Below are positions 1 through 12,797 of a DNA stretch of 64,000 bases, piece by piece. This DNA comes from Antedon mediterranea. Taxonomy: Eukaryota > Animalia > Echinodermata. A program made the position numbers and the translations under genes. Position 1 is the stretch's first letter; every line of letters begins with the position of its first letter. The DNA lies in assembly GCF_964355755.1 (NCBI RefSeq), contig NC_092677.1, positions 26,523,175 through 26,587,174 of the forward strand, read 5' to 3'. The notes under the pieces are model-generated. The model searched no databases. It had not been told where the DNA came from and was given only the letters and a program-made list of their open reading frames with translations.

Positions 1-375
1 TAATATGCAATATGAAACACCAACCATGAAACAATTTGATCAAATAACTATTTTCGGCAAATGATTCTTGCACTTTAAATAATTTTTTTTATATCCTATA
101 AACATTCGTAGATCACAACAAATTAAAAGAAACACTTCACTATGAGTTTCAGAATAAATAATGTAAATCAAAAGATTTCATGCTCTACAAATATTTTTTT
201 AAATACTTTAGAATTATTCTGAATAGAAATTTAGACTTGAAAGGTCACGTTGTTTACAGACGGCCATAAATGGCCAGTCACAGCGCATGCACCTGTAACA
301 GTAACAGGTCAATCATAATATAAAAAAAATGATAATCTCCGACCGTCATCAACCACGTAATATACAAAGTCTTAC

Positions 376-3300
376 CCGTGGCGGAAACAAAGAGTGAGTG
401 ATCGTCTTCTCGTCATGGCTAGGCTGCTCAAATCCTTACTAAAATCAAGCGCAAGTCCTTCCTTTCTTCCCTTCCGAAATGAACTTGATTCAGCAGGCTT
501 GAGAGAGGTGGCTTTGTGCTGACTCACGGGAAATCACTTCTTTCCTCCCGCGGCGCAAGTTGTTTTACCCGCGATAGTAAACTAAAATACACGTAGTACG
601 AGTGAGCAGTCAGGAAACAGGTCTCTCTTCGACAGAGTTGTTCTAGTTTATGAATAAATTCTGTAAAGTACTGTATGAGAGGCTTCCTTGTTTCACAAGC
701 CTATTTATTTTATTAATTACTTCTCATAGAAATTAAAAGTAAAATTTGAATTTTTTTTTATAAATTTGGGGGTCAGAGGTCAGTTGATGAGAAAGCAGAG
801 CTTGTTATCATCAGTCTAGTAAACTAGTAAAGGTAATTTGCTAGCCTGCTGTACAACAAGTATTACAATCTCATAATAGGTGGCAACACAGTTACTAGTA
901 TGAAACGAAAAGTGTGCATTAATTCACTTTTGGTTTGAAAACGTTTCCAATTATCCATACTACTACTATAGTTCCTACTTTAAATTCAATATTTTCAGGA
1001 AATATTAATTATATTGATTGATTAATCACCAGTTATTGTTAATCAAAATTTGTCTCCGATTTTTAAACATTATTCCGTTTATCATTCATGCGTTTATTTA
1101 AAGTTGATGATCTCTTTAGTCCAAAAAACCACAGAAGTGGCTGTCAACAACCACTAACCAATTCATTTATTTTATCGACATAAACCAAATACCGGTAGCA
1201 AATAAGTAATAATAAATAAGTACTGTAACAAGGGCATAAATATAATGCAACCAACTTAATACTAAATGTGCAATGCAGTATAGGTATATAACATTAACAA
1301 ACTCCAAAAAAAAGTGAGGCATGCCATTAAAATTCAATCTTTTTAATTTTATTTATTCATCTTCAGGAAACAAATATCAGACAGGTATCTAATGCAAAAT
1401 AAAATGCGTAATTTATTTTCTTTTAACCTTCAATCGCTTTGTACCTAATCGCTAATTCAAAAGCCTCAAGTCGTTTATGCCTCGCAGCATTTAGTTAGTA
1501 GTAATTGATTTTAGAAATCAAGTTATGATAATTGCTTGAGAACGAGATTCACTTACCCGCTGGAAAAAGACATCACGTTATAATAACTATAAATATTTAC
1601 TGCGAATTAACGGTCACCGATTTTATTGTAGTACTGTAGTATTATTCTATATACAGTGAATTCAATATACAGTAGTATTCCATGGAATTTCACTAATATT
1701 AATATGTGCGTAATCTGGTGAAAAACATGTTGGATTCTACCTTCAGAAGGTTAGATTTAGGAAATCACTTTAGCCTTGTTACGGGCAAAGAAACTCGCAG
1801 AAACAAACAAGTTTCTGTTAGTCGTGATTTGAATACGGATATAAAATATAGTAAATAATATTGTTAAATTACTATAACATATTCAGAACAATGATCTTAT
1901 AATCGCATCGAGCTGTAGCTCATCGATAAATAGTATTAAGTTTGCTTTTTATGAAATAAAAACAAAGAGAAACAAAACATAAGGTATATATCATTTTAAT
2001 TTATAAATCCAAAGGCAAATTACTGAAAATAATGACAATGCTGTGGGTATCACTATTATTAGTGGCTGGATCTCAACACAAAACACAATAAGTACAAAGC
2101 TAAATCAAATTTTAAAATATTCTGTGAAGTGCGAGTATTACTACTATTTGGACAAAGACTGTTTACTGTGAAGCATGTATTTCATACAGGAGGTCAATAT
2201 GATAGTATTTAATATAACTTTAAGAAATTATACAAAATGTTGAGGAGCAATATAATATCATATTTACAGACAGTACTGTACAACAGCTAACAGTAAACTA
2301 CTTTACAATAGCATTCACATTCACACTTTAATTAAATGAATTCAATCGTTACCAATGTCAATAAGTTTTACCCACCTGTGCGCCCTGGTGAAAGAATCTT
2401 CCCGTAAGGCGGCCATATCAACATATACTCTACAGGAGCAAACCAGGTTGTCCTGCTCTAGGCAGGCAACAGACGATACATTCTCAAATAACTTGACGGC
2501 CTAGAAAAGCAGAATCTGGAATTCATTTTCTCACCATTGCTTCCATCGTCCTATAAAAAGAAAATGAACAACTATATAAGTACAACTAGTTGAAAATTGT
2601 AGACTTTTCTATCTGTAAAAAAATAAATTGTAAAATCTACTTCTGTAGGGATTTATTAAACAAATTAGATTTACAATGGATTCTAAACATACCTAAAGGA
2701 ATCAGATAGCAAAACTAGCGAGGCAAACTGTATCGGGTAAAGACACAGCAGGTAGCTGTTATGAGCACCTATCCCAAATTCACTACAGTAGCGTTTACGT
2801 ACCGTAGGCTAGGCTAGGCTACAGAAGGTGACATACAGTCCCAGTAATTAGCTCAGTCTTGCGAATACATTCATTCACAAGAAGTAGTCTTGTTATCACT
2901 TTGATGAAATCAAAATAACATCGTATTCAAGAATAATACCTTAGCAAATTGCTGTAGAATTCACTGCCTCTATACATTATTAGTAGGTTTTAAATTATGC
3001 TCGCTTGGAAGGAGCTCAAATGAAGCATAAATGTCTCTCCTGATTGGTATCATAGGGAGAACCACAAAAGAGCAATGGATGCCTCAACACATGCTAATTC
3101 TGAATTTAAATTTACAATCATCATAAATTTATGGTGTGCTACATAATTTGCATTACGTACAACATTATATAGAAAATAATGTTTTATTAGCTTCATGACA
3201 ATCCTAAATGATTTAGAATGCACTTAATAACTATGAAATAAATTACAATTTAACATTACTTTTCATACTTAAAATAACCGAGAATACAAAACAGGTATAC

Positions 3301-6060
3301 TTTAATACAGCTTACAACATTACAGAAACTTACTGTCCACCACTAAATGGGATGGTGACTAATTTTAGCAATGTATTACTGTAATCTAATACTCTGTCTA
3401 CACTATCAAACTAGTTTTACCAAAAAGTGTGAGGTGCCCAAATATGGTAATGATATGATATTATCATGTCCATATATGGGCACATCACATTTTTTGTCAC
3501 ATAAAGTTTGATAGTGTAGACAGATCTTTAGTTGTATTATGGTATGTTTGCACATACAATCCTCTAAAAGACTACTTAACATGCCCTCTAAAATTATACT
3601 TTCCACCCGCTCTATGTTATTTTTGTTGGTTATGCTTCGCTGCACAGCATTGTTTGCCAACAGAGATGTCGATTATAACGTGAAAAAGGTGTATTAAAAT
3701 ATTTCTCTCTAGCTCTCTCCCCAATTTAATTCTTTAAGAAATATTATTTTAATTATTTTTTTTTTTATTTTTTTATTCTAGGGGATGCGAGCCTCGTACA
3801 GTATAATGGTAAAAAACACACATACATTCCATGAAAACAAGAACCTAATACAAAAACTAAACAAAACAAGAACCTTACAAAAACTAAACAAAGCACACAT
3901 TTTGTATTACTGTAGTAACACCACTGCTTAAGTACTTCTCATTGATTAGTATTGATTTTCTACCGTTTTGTAGGTTTGGTTAGTTTGTCAAATCAAATCA
4001 AACATTAATTCCCTCAATTAATCAATTATCATTGATCAATCAATCAATTATTAAGTCAATGTTTTTTTGTTTTTTTTAAATATACTTAATGCATACTGTT
4101 TGTATTTCATGTTTTGGCCAACAGTATCTCTATGTAACTATGTATAAAGCTCTGTCTACATTATCAAACGTTATGTGACAAAAAAATGTGATGTGTCATA
4201 GTACTACCATATTTAGGCATATCACTACCATATTTGGGCACATCACACTTTTTTTTCAAACTAGTTTGATAGTGTAGACAGAGCTTAATAATAACAAGCT
4301 GTTTAACCATTTGCGTTTCATCATGAGGGTTCCTTTTAATGTTGATTTCTATCTATTAATTCAATAATGTTCTTTCCATATTTTTGGTACAAAATTTTAC
4401 TGTACTGTATATTCCAGTATTGCAGCAGTAGAAATAGCTTGCATTTGATGTAATTATTAACATGACCTTTTCAATCATTTACAAATACTCCAGAGATATG
4501 GATACTATACTAGCATCATTTGAATATTTGCTCGTGCAAAACATATTTACTAAAGAGTAGGATCAACAACAAAACAGAACTAAAACAGTAAAATTGTGTT
4601 TATTCTACATAATAATTAAAAAGAAATTTAGATAAATGAATCAGGGCCGTAGACATCAGTACGGTTGGTAAGGTTTCAACCTGACCACTTTTTCACAGAG
4701 GCCTTTGACAACTCAGTAACTTGAACAGAGATTGTTCCTATTTCTTGCGAAAATGGGACTACTTTATTTCTTGTGGCTATATCACTGTTAATTAATCAAT
4801 GCAGTTAATCAGTTGGATGTCTGTTACATTAAAATAACATATACACTGTAGGTCTAAAGTGTGTACTAATAATGTCCACATCCTTTTAATAATAAATATT
4901 TATTACATGAGGCAGCAGTCCAGGATACTGGACAAATGAGAATGGTAAACATGCAGTATACTGTAGGTACAGTAGTATAACTGTACTTTTGCCAAATTTA
5001 AAAAAGAGAGAAAATGAGCTTATCAGCCTCCTCCTCCCTCCAGTTAAAATCCATCTGTTAGATTTGTAATCAAGGGCAGTCGGCCCGGGCCCCCTCTAAA
5101 TTTGATCAATTGTAAAGCAAAAGATAGGACATCAAATTAAGAGCCCCCTATTTCAAAATCCTGGATTCGCCACTGGTACTGGACCTACAGACAACTAAAG
5201 TCAAGGTATCAATCAATGTATTTACTGATAAATTAGTGTCAGCAGCCATCGATTTTTGGATGCCGTACATTACACACAAAAAAATGTCTATGGTGCTAGT
5301 AAGGATAAAACCACCTTAAAACGTATGATAAAGCATTCATCAATGGAGGCTAAAATTAAATGAAACAAAATTTATACACCAAATTAATTACTATTTTGTA
5401 CACTATTTATAACAATAACATCGTAATTGTCAAAAATAATATTACTACAACATATTCAATTTGTACAACCGTGTACTGTGTGTATATCACAAACATTTTC
5501 AGCTGTTTTCAAAACACACATATTTCTTTCATACACCATTCATTATCATAAATAAAATAGGCCTGATCTAGTATTGTAATCATGGTAGGCCTATATGCCT
5601 GCTGCATGTGGATGAGTTGTCATCCAATATCTGTAGCAAATTGACTGAGTGACAAACATTAATTAAGCTAAAAATAAATAATAATAACAATAAAATATCA
5701 GCGTTATTGAGTTTGTTCAAATGCCAACCCAATTTGTAGCCTCCATCACTACATCTTCACCCAGCTAAGCTCCCGGGCGAGAATGCATCTGAACCGGGGT
5801 TCTCATCGTCGGCGGCATCAGCTTGTTTCCGAAATGTCAACAAAATCAATCACTCGCAAAATGACAAATCAAAAACATGCTATGCTAACATTAACGCTAT
5901 TCGCCAACTTAACAAACTGTATTTTATTCATAATACACCGAAAGCAGTATGTTTAAATTACTAAACGAAGAAATAATCAAATATACTTACATTTTGAGAT
6001 TTTGCTCCAGAGATGGTGGTAACTGTCGTCTGCGCTGGGTCTCCGCGTGTGTTTGGTGGT
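376..6060 (-). other. 5' part of an unidentified minus-strand gene with candidate alternative first exons (about 5991-6060 non-coding; 2376-2500/2550; 376-416); the rest probably lies left of the window
   Basis: GT donors at 5990 (AAT|gtaagt), 2375 (CAG|gtgggt) and 375 (CGG|gtaaga). 2376-2500 is open after a ttttctag acceptor (AVKLFENVSSVACLEQDNLVCSCRVYVDMAALREDSFTRAH). 416-376 reads MTRRRSLTLCFRH. No family recognised. Confidence 0.35.
4148..4285. mobile_element. PIF/Harbinger-like MITE family A, representative copy; about 25 copies in the window
   Basis: TIR AGCTCTGTCTACACTATCAAAC...GTTTGATAGTGTAGACAGAGCT with 3-bp TAA/TTA duplication. Other copies near 3391, 9330, 12547, 16683, 18580, 23969, 24169, 31311, 35033, 47814, 49219, 49778, 50133, 50673, 51041, 51399, 51849, 52546, 54036, 56032, 56455, 56581, 57410, 60675, 61468, 62023 and 62790. 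Confidence 0.85.
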
Positions 6061-6905
6061 ATATTGGACTTGTTTAGTCATGTGACACACAGTCAGGTAG
6101 TCCACTGTGTGGGTATTTGGTAGTGTATGTAAAAACTGTTAAAAATTATATCCATAATTTATATTATCCTCCATAATAATATATTATAGTACTTTGTGTT
6201 TATTTATTATTGTAAAAAACTAGTTGTACCCTTCTTTTGACATTCGGAAACCGATCAGTGGTGGTTCTGTAGTAGTTCTAAGTAGTAACAAAACCGTGCT
6301 TCTGAGAGTTATGAGTATTTAAATTCCTTCTTCTAATTTAACTTGGTGTTACGTAATCGATCAGGTGCGGCGGATCGATCTCAACAAGAGCTATAGACAA
6401 GATTAAGTATAGCTCAAAATATAGAAGGTAAATATGTCTATTTATAATATTAAATGTATTACTAAAACTATTCTACTATATGCAAAACATTTTTACAATG
6501 TGTGATATGTTATGCGCGATTTGAACGATTTGCGCAATTTGAAATTGCGCAAGGATTTTCTTGCGCAATATATACAGTCGATCGAAATTCGATTAGCAAA
6601 TTGATAGTAGGCCCGTGGGATAACAATCCTGTCTATCTTGTTCCTTATTCGCCACCTGGATTGTTAATTACCTTGATATTGTTCAATAAAAAATAACACA
6701 TTATATTACTGGTTATTCTCACAATTGTCTGGTACGGGGTTCTGAGTCCACAGTTGTGAGATGAGACGAAAACGTTTTTGTTTTTTCAATGTAACAATTT
6801 TTCGGTACTGCATTAAAATCGGTCTCTTCCTCCATCTCCTCCCTGGTCATATCAATAAAATAAAAAATGGATATGAGTGTAGCGTGTGTAAAATTACTAG
6901 GCCTA

Positions 6906-8344
6906 CCGTAAATCTTCTAATTGTAACCATGGGTTATTATTCTTGATTGTTTTTTGGGTGGGTTACTATTAGAAGGGGGGTTATTATTAGAGTTAGTGGG
7001 TTTTATTATAGATTGACTTATAAGGTGAGTTACTATTAGAAGAGGGTTTATTATTAGGGTGTGGGTTATTGTTATAGATTGACTTATAAGGTGGGTTACT
7101 ATTAGAAGGTGGGTTATTATTAGGGTGTGTGTTTTTATTATAGATTGACTTATAAGGTGGCTTACTATTAGAAGGTGGGTTATTATTAGGGTGTGTGTTT
7201 TTATTATAGATTGACTTATAAGGTGGCTTACTATTAGAAGGTGGGTTATTATTAGGGTGTGTGGGTTATTGTTATAGATTGACTTATAAGGTGGCTTACT
7301 ATTAGAAGGTGGGTTATTATTAGGGTGTGTGGGTTATTGTTATAGATTGACTTATAAGGTGGGTTACTATTAGAAGGGGGGTTATTATTAGGGTGTGTGG
7401 GTTATTGTTATAGATTGACTTATAAGGTGGGTTACTATTAGAAGGGGGTTTATTATTAGGGTGTGTGTTTTTATTATAGATTGACTTATAAGGTGGGTTA
7501 CTATTAGAAGGGGGGTTATTATTAGGGTGTGTGGGTTATTGTTATAGATTGACTTATAAGGTGGGTTACTATTAGAAGGGAGTTTATTATTAGGGTGTGG
7601 GTTATTATTATAGATTGACTTATAAGGTGGGTTACTATTAGAAGGGGGGTTATTATTAGGGTGTGTGTTTTTATTATAGATTGATTTATAAGGTGGGTTA
7701 CTATTAGAAGGGGGGGGGGGGTTATTATTAGGGTGTGCGTTTTTATTATAGATTGACTTATAAGGTGGGTTACTATTAGAAGGGGGGTTATTATTAGGGT
7801 GTGGGTTATTGTTATAGATTGACTTATAAGGTGGGTTACTATTAGAAGGTGGGTTATTATTAGGGTGTGCGTTTTTATTATAGATTGACTTATAAGGTGG
7901 GTTACTATTAGAAGGTGGGTTATTATTAGGGTGTGCGTTTTTATTATAGATTGACTTATAAGGTGGGTTACTATTAGAAGGGTTACTATTAGAGTAGTGG
8001 GTTTTTATTATAGATTGACTTATAAGGTGGCTTACTATTAGAAGGGTTACTATTAGGGTGTGTGTTATTATTATAGATTGACTTATAAGGTGGGTTACTA
8101 TTAGAAGGTGGGTTATTATTAGGGTGTGCGTTTTTATTATAGATTGACTTATAAGGTGGGTTACTATTAGAAGGGTTACTATTAGAGTAGTGGGTTTTTA
8201 TTATAGATTGACTTATAAGGTGGCTTACTATTAGAAGGGTTACTATTAGGGTGTGTGTTATTATTATAGATTGACCTATAAGGTGGGTTACTATTAGAAG
8301 CGGGGTTATTATTAGGGTGTGTGTTACTATTAGAAGATTTACGG
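6906..8344. mobile_element. Tc1/mariner-pogo-like MITE (CCGTA termini) whose interior is a tandem array of about 20 x 60-68 bp
   Basis: TA|CCGTAAATCTTCTAATTGTAAC ... GTTACTATTAGAAGATTTACGG|TA terminal inverted repeats with TA duplication. Internal unit is approximately GATTGACTTATAAGGTGGGTTACTATTAGAAGGTGGGTTATTATTAGGGTGTGTG(T/G)TTTTATTATA. Confidence 0.85.
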
Positions 8345-9544
8345 TATTCTTTTTTCTAAATATCGACCCTTTAATGCTCTTCTTGTCGAATTACGCTGCT
8401 TCAACAACTTTATCCATGCATGGCGTAGTTGGTTTTCTATTTGTTTTAATCAACGCACTTTGTAATAATTTACCTTTATTGTTTATGTGGTTTTCAACAA
8501 AACGATTAATCATCTATTATCATTCCCGTCATTTACATAATATTCACTTAATTTTAAAATAGACTTTTATTTACGATACAGTACTGTAGTATTATACATA
8601 GGTCGTTAAAAGTTGTACATTTGTGACACTATAGAGGGCGTAAACTAGTTTTTCAAGACAATCATAGAAATAACTCGACAGGTCTAGACGGTGATTTGAC
8701 AACACAAAAAAAGTAGAGGGGAAAGTATACCCGAAGCCGTAACATTTAAACTCAAATCTATTTTTTATTTCCATTCATTCTGTACACTAATAGACTTTTT
8801 TTTTATTTCATGAAATAAATTACAGTATATAACTTTATGTAACAAATCGCAATTAGGCCTATTTAAATGCAATTAACTATCATATAATTTGACAGTGATC
8901 TGAAATAAATTCGAATACTGAAATAGCAGATTCCAACAGAAAGAATTGTATTTCTTGAAGGATGAATTACACTGTTTTTTTCTTTTGTCAACACTTTGTG
9001 GTACATTCTGTAATTGACGGGATGTGAGCTCCTGACAAACTAACATTATAAAACACATGATGATATAATAACATAATTTGGAAATGGGAGGAGTGAGAAG
9101 AATAGAACCCAGGAATTTGAATTGAAAGCAAACATATTTTTACCCAAATCTACAATGCCATGAAATATAATATAATGAAATATCGTTTTAGTTATAAAAT
9201 GCATGTTGAAATGATCCATAGGTCAAATAAGAAATTGAATTGGGAAAGATTTTAGTTTGCAGTAGTAAATAACTCTCCTTAGCACGACATTGCTGATATT
9301 GTATGGACTTCTACCATATATTATTATTAAGCTCTATCTACACTATCAAACTAGTTTGATGTGCCCAAATATGGTAGTGATACTGTATGGCCAAATATGG
9401 TAGTGATATGATATCATAATGTCCATATATGGGCATATCACATTTTTTTTGTCACATAAAGTTTTATAGTGTAGACAGAGCTTTACAGACAGTTCAAAAC
9501 TAGGTAGATTGTCCTTTATTTCCACACTGTACACTACAGTTGTG

Positions 9545-10563
9545 TTATGCTGACCAGAACATTGCAATAGCCTTAGCTAGGCCTACATCGTTGTAGTTAA
9601 AATAACATAAGCTAGCAAACGCAACGCTCGAGGCAAATAGAAGACTGGCGTTGACAACTTTTGGAAGTGATGGGCCATGTACGTAGTCTGTGAATACTTG
9701 TTCCATACCCCTGAAAAACAACAAACATATGTAAATAAAAGCATAGCAAATGCTCTGCTTTACTGCTTATGAAAAGTGGGGTCATTAAACAATATTATAC
9801 TCTATGCCCGGAGCTACCCTTTAAATAAAGCAAAATAAGTGGGGTTATTAAACAATAATAAACTCTATACCCGGAGCTCCCCTTTAAATACTGAAGCAGC
9901 CAAGTCTTACCAATGAGCATGCAGTACAAGAGAAGCTGCCAATGTATAATCTAAGGCTGGGTTAGGAAAAGCTAAAGCTGCAGGAATGACAGCCAACAAA
10001 CCAACTGATATGACACGTTCAGCTTTCCAGTGAGTTGAACTCATCATACCTACAAAAAAAACATACTATATTAAAAACATCTTGTTAATGTAATGCCAGT
10101 GTTTATTTGTGTATAATTTTTGTAAACGATGCTTTTTTTTTTCAATTTTATTGGTTTGAAATGGTTTACCTGCACTGTGTCGTTGAGATGATGTGTGTAG
10201 AGTGGTTCCCGTGGCACCAATTGCTGGTAATTTTGAAGTCAGTACCCCTGATTGAACTAAGATACTACGACTCATATGTAGCCCTGAAAATAATCAATAT
10301 AAGTTTACAATAGGTGGTCTAATGCCTATATATAAAAAATGAGCTAGGCCTACGTGCTACCCTAGCAGCAGCAGGAGGCAGCTGCTGTGTGCCCAGGCCG
10401 AGCCTGCTGCCTTGTTTGTCGGTTTGTCAAAATTGCTTTGCACGGCTCGCTCACTCGGGCCTAGCTCTAGCATCATAGCTTCATATCATGGTATTCCAAA
10501 ACGATAGAAAATATAATAATACTCATTACCCTTTGTACATCCTAAAATTCGGAGCAATGCCAT
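9545..10563 (-). CDS. SDHD: Succinate dehydrogenase cytochrome b small subunit (complex II membrane anchor), 4 exons: 10530-10563, 10170-10283, 9911-10049, 9545-9710
   Basis: Spliced translation MALLRILGCTKGLHMSRS...[53 protein letters not shown]...LCYFNYNDVGLAKAIAMFWSA* matches the SDHD HW..ER, HxHWG..TDYV and YFNY.DVG motifs. Introns are GT-AG and keep frame. Confidence 0.95.
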
Positions 10564-11754
10564 ATTTATTAGAGCCTTATATATGAAATTAAACTGATAC
10601 AAATGCTGATATGAATTCTAGAAACAAACCAACCAAACCGGTCTTACTTATCTACGCCCGGTTGGCCCGGTAGGCGGTACAGACCGGTATCGGGTATCGT
10701 CATGAAGGCGCCCGGTATCGTCATGAAAGCGCCCGGTATCGCCTGGTAGAGTTTTATGATATGAAATTATGACACAATCAAGTGAATTTTATTAACAGCC
10801 TTATTGGTAAAATTAACTGATATAATTATATTTCTTTCCAGAAAAAAAAGTTAAAATCGGTTAAAATACAACAGAGGGCGGTCTTCAGTTTCGGAATAAA
10901 CCCAACCAGTATTTTGATAGTTCACATTCAAAATGTATAAAACGTGCAATTAAAAACCTCGATAACATTAAATATAATGTTAGCATGTACTTAATAACAT
11001 TTTATATCATAAAACCATACCGTGTGATAACGGGCCCTATCGGACGTAGACTAGTATGGCCCACAAACTCCCTCTATAATGTTCTATTTTTGTTTCCTTT
11101 TCCCAAAGAAGTTTAAAACATTTTTTTTTTCACGTAACACATATACATTTTAATAACATTTAAATATAATAATTTTTCATCAATTTCAAACTTTAAATTA
11201 TCATATGAAGAAATAATTATTTTAAGCTTAATTTATGAATAAGAAATTTTCAGTGAGACCTACTTATTTGGTAACCAAAGATGATAACGTTGTTGTATTC
11301 ATAATTTTAATTAAAGACGTAAAGGTTCCAAGCTACCGTAATGTAGTAAAGATCCACCAACATCTGTTCTAATGTGTGTCACTCAAAGAAAGTTTAGACA
11401 GTACGATAGGCATAGCATATGTTTCTGTGAAGTCTTTTGGCAATGTATTTAATTTGATTTCTTCATCTTCATATATGGCCTGATGTGTAGACTTGATGCA
11501 AGCAAAAATATTTTAATATCAACGATTATAAGCAACGTCTTAGTTAAGTCGAAGATGCTCTCCAGATGGAATGCCATCCTGAAATAAGTAGTAGTAATTT
11601 TGTTTATTTTATTTATTTCATTTATATGTAATTTACTTTCTATGGACCAGAGTTTCCGAAATGAAAAATTGAATGAATGAATGAATAACAAGGAATGAAT
11701 GTTGTTTGTTCCTTTGTACAGCCAATAGCCTTATATATCTGTGGAATTTTACAT

Positions 11755-12088
11755 AAGATAAGATAAGATAAGATAACTTTTATTGATCCTCAAAAAGGAA
11801 ATTCATTGCTCGTCATAATAACAAAGAAAACACTATAAAAACAAATAGCATAAAACCATTCATATAAAAACATCTAAAAAATTACAATATAAAATTATCT
11901 TCTTGACTGTCTGTTGTACTGGATGATACCGGAGGGAATAAAGGATTTAGCAAATCGATTTGTTTTCACACTGAGGAGCCTCAATCTACCACTTGGATTA
12001 AGTTGGTCTATGATCACTTTGTGGAGAGGATGAGAGGCATCCGACTCAATGCGTTCGAAATCTTTCTGGAGGTGTTCTAGGTGCACAT
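11755..12088 (-). mobile_element. 5'-truncated LINE (CR1/L2/Rex-clade-like) 3' end with (TATCT)n tail
   Basis: ORF2 C-terminal remnant HPLHK...PSGRLRLLSVKTNRFAKSFIPSGI, a 3' UTR with AATAAA, a microsatellite tail, and ACAT duplicated at both junctions. Confidence 0.75.
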
Positions 12089-12797
12089 CGGAGAAAACGT
12101 AGTGGCAATATTACAACATTTTCTTCCTCTCGAATACACGCCTATTAATTATACACACAATACTGTACTATAGACACATTTCTATTTGTAGTATGAATTT
12201 ATTGACTGCAAATTATCTACAATTTAAGTCTATGTGTTTACAACATAAAAAACGGTTTAAAATATGTATTTATCACTCCCTGAATTTTGTTTGCGTTTAT
12301 TTTCTAGACGGTATATATTATTATGTTACCATTTTACACACCCCAACCCCATCCCACTAAAAAGTTTCCTGAATTACAATACGTTGTTAGGATCTTGTGT
12401 TGCCACTGATAATAGAGAACATATGAGGCCGGCTCTTTGCCAAGGGATTCAGTTACCTTTGGTGTTTCTTGCCAACTTTTTTTTTCTTTTAAAAAATTTC
12501 TTGGCAATACAGAATAACTCTAATGGTAGCTTCTTCAAAAGTCTAAAGCTCTATTTACACTATAAAACTAATTTGACAAAAAAAAAGTGTGATGGGCCTA
12601 ACATATGGTAGTGATATGCCCAAATATGGTAGTGATGATGTCATCATGTCTATATATGGGCACATAAAGTTTGATAGTGTAGATAGAGCAAAAGAAACAC
12701 CAAGATATACGATGTTTTTCTATTGAAAGTCTTGGCAATGTATTTACAACATTGGCTTCTTTCTCGTATGATAAAAACATGTTGATACAGTTGCTTT

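Noticed and set aside
217-292. Possible next exon of the left-edge gene (CMRCDWPFMAVCKQRDLSSLNFYSE*)
   Set aside because: An acceptor is present, but the frame stops after about 25 codons with no convincing donor or homology. Left unresolved.
6960-8340. TTAGGG words suggesting interstitial telomeric sequence
   Set aside because: There is only a single TTAGGG per 66-bp unit, explained by the MITE subterminal motif, and no (TTAGGG)n run.
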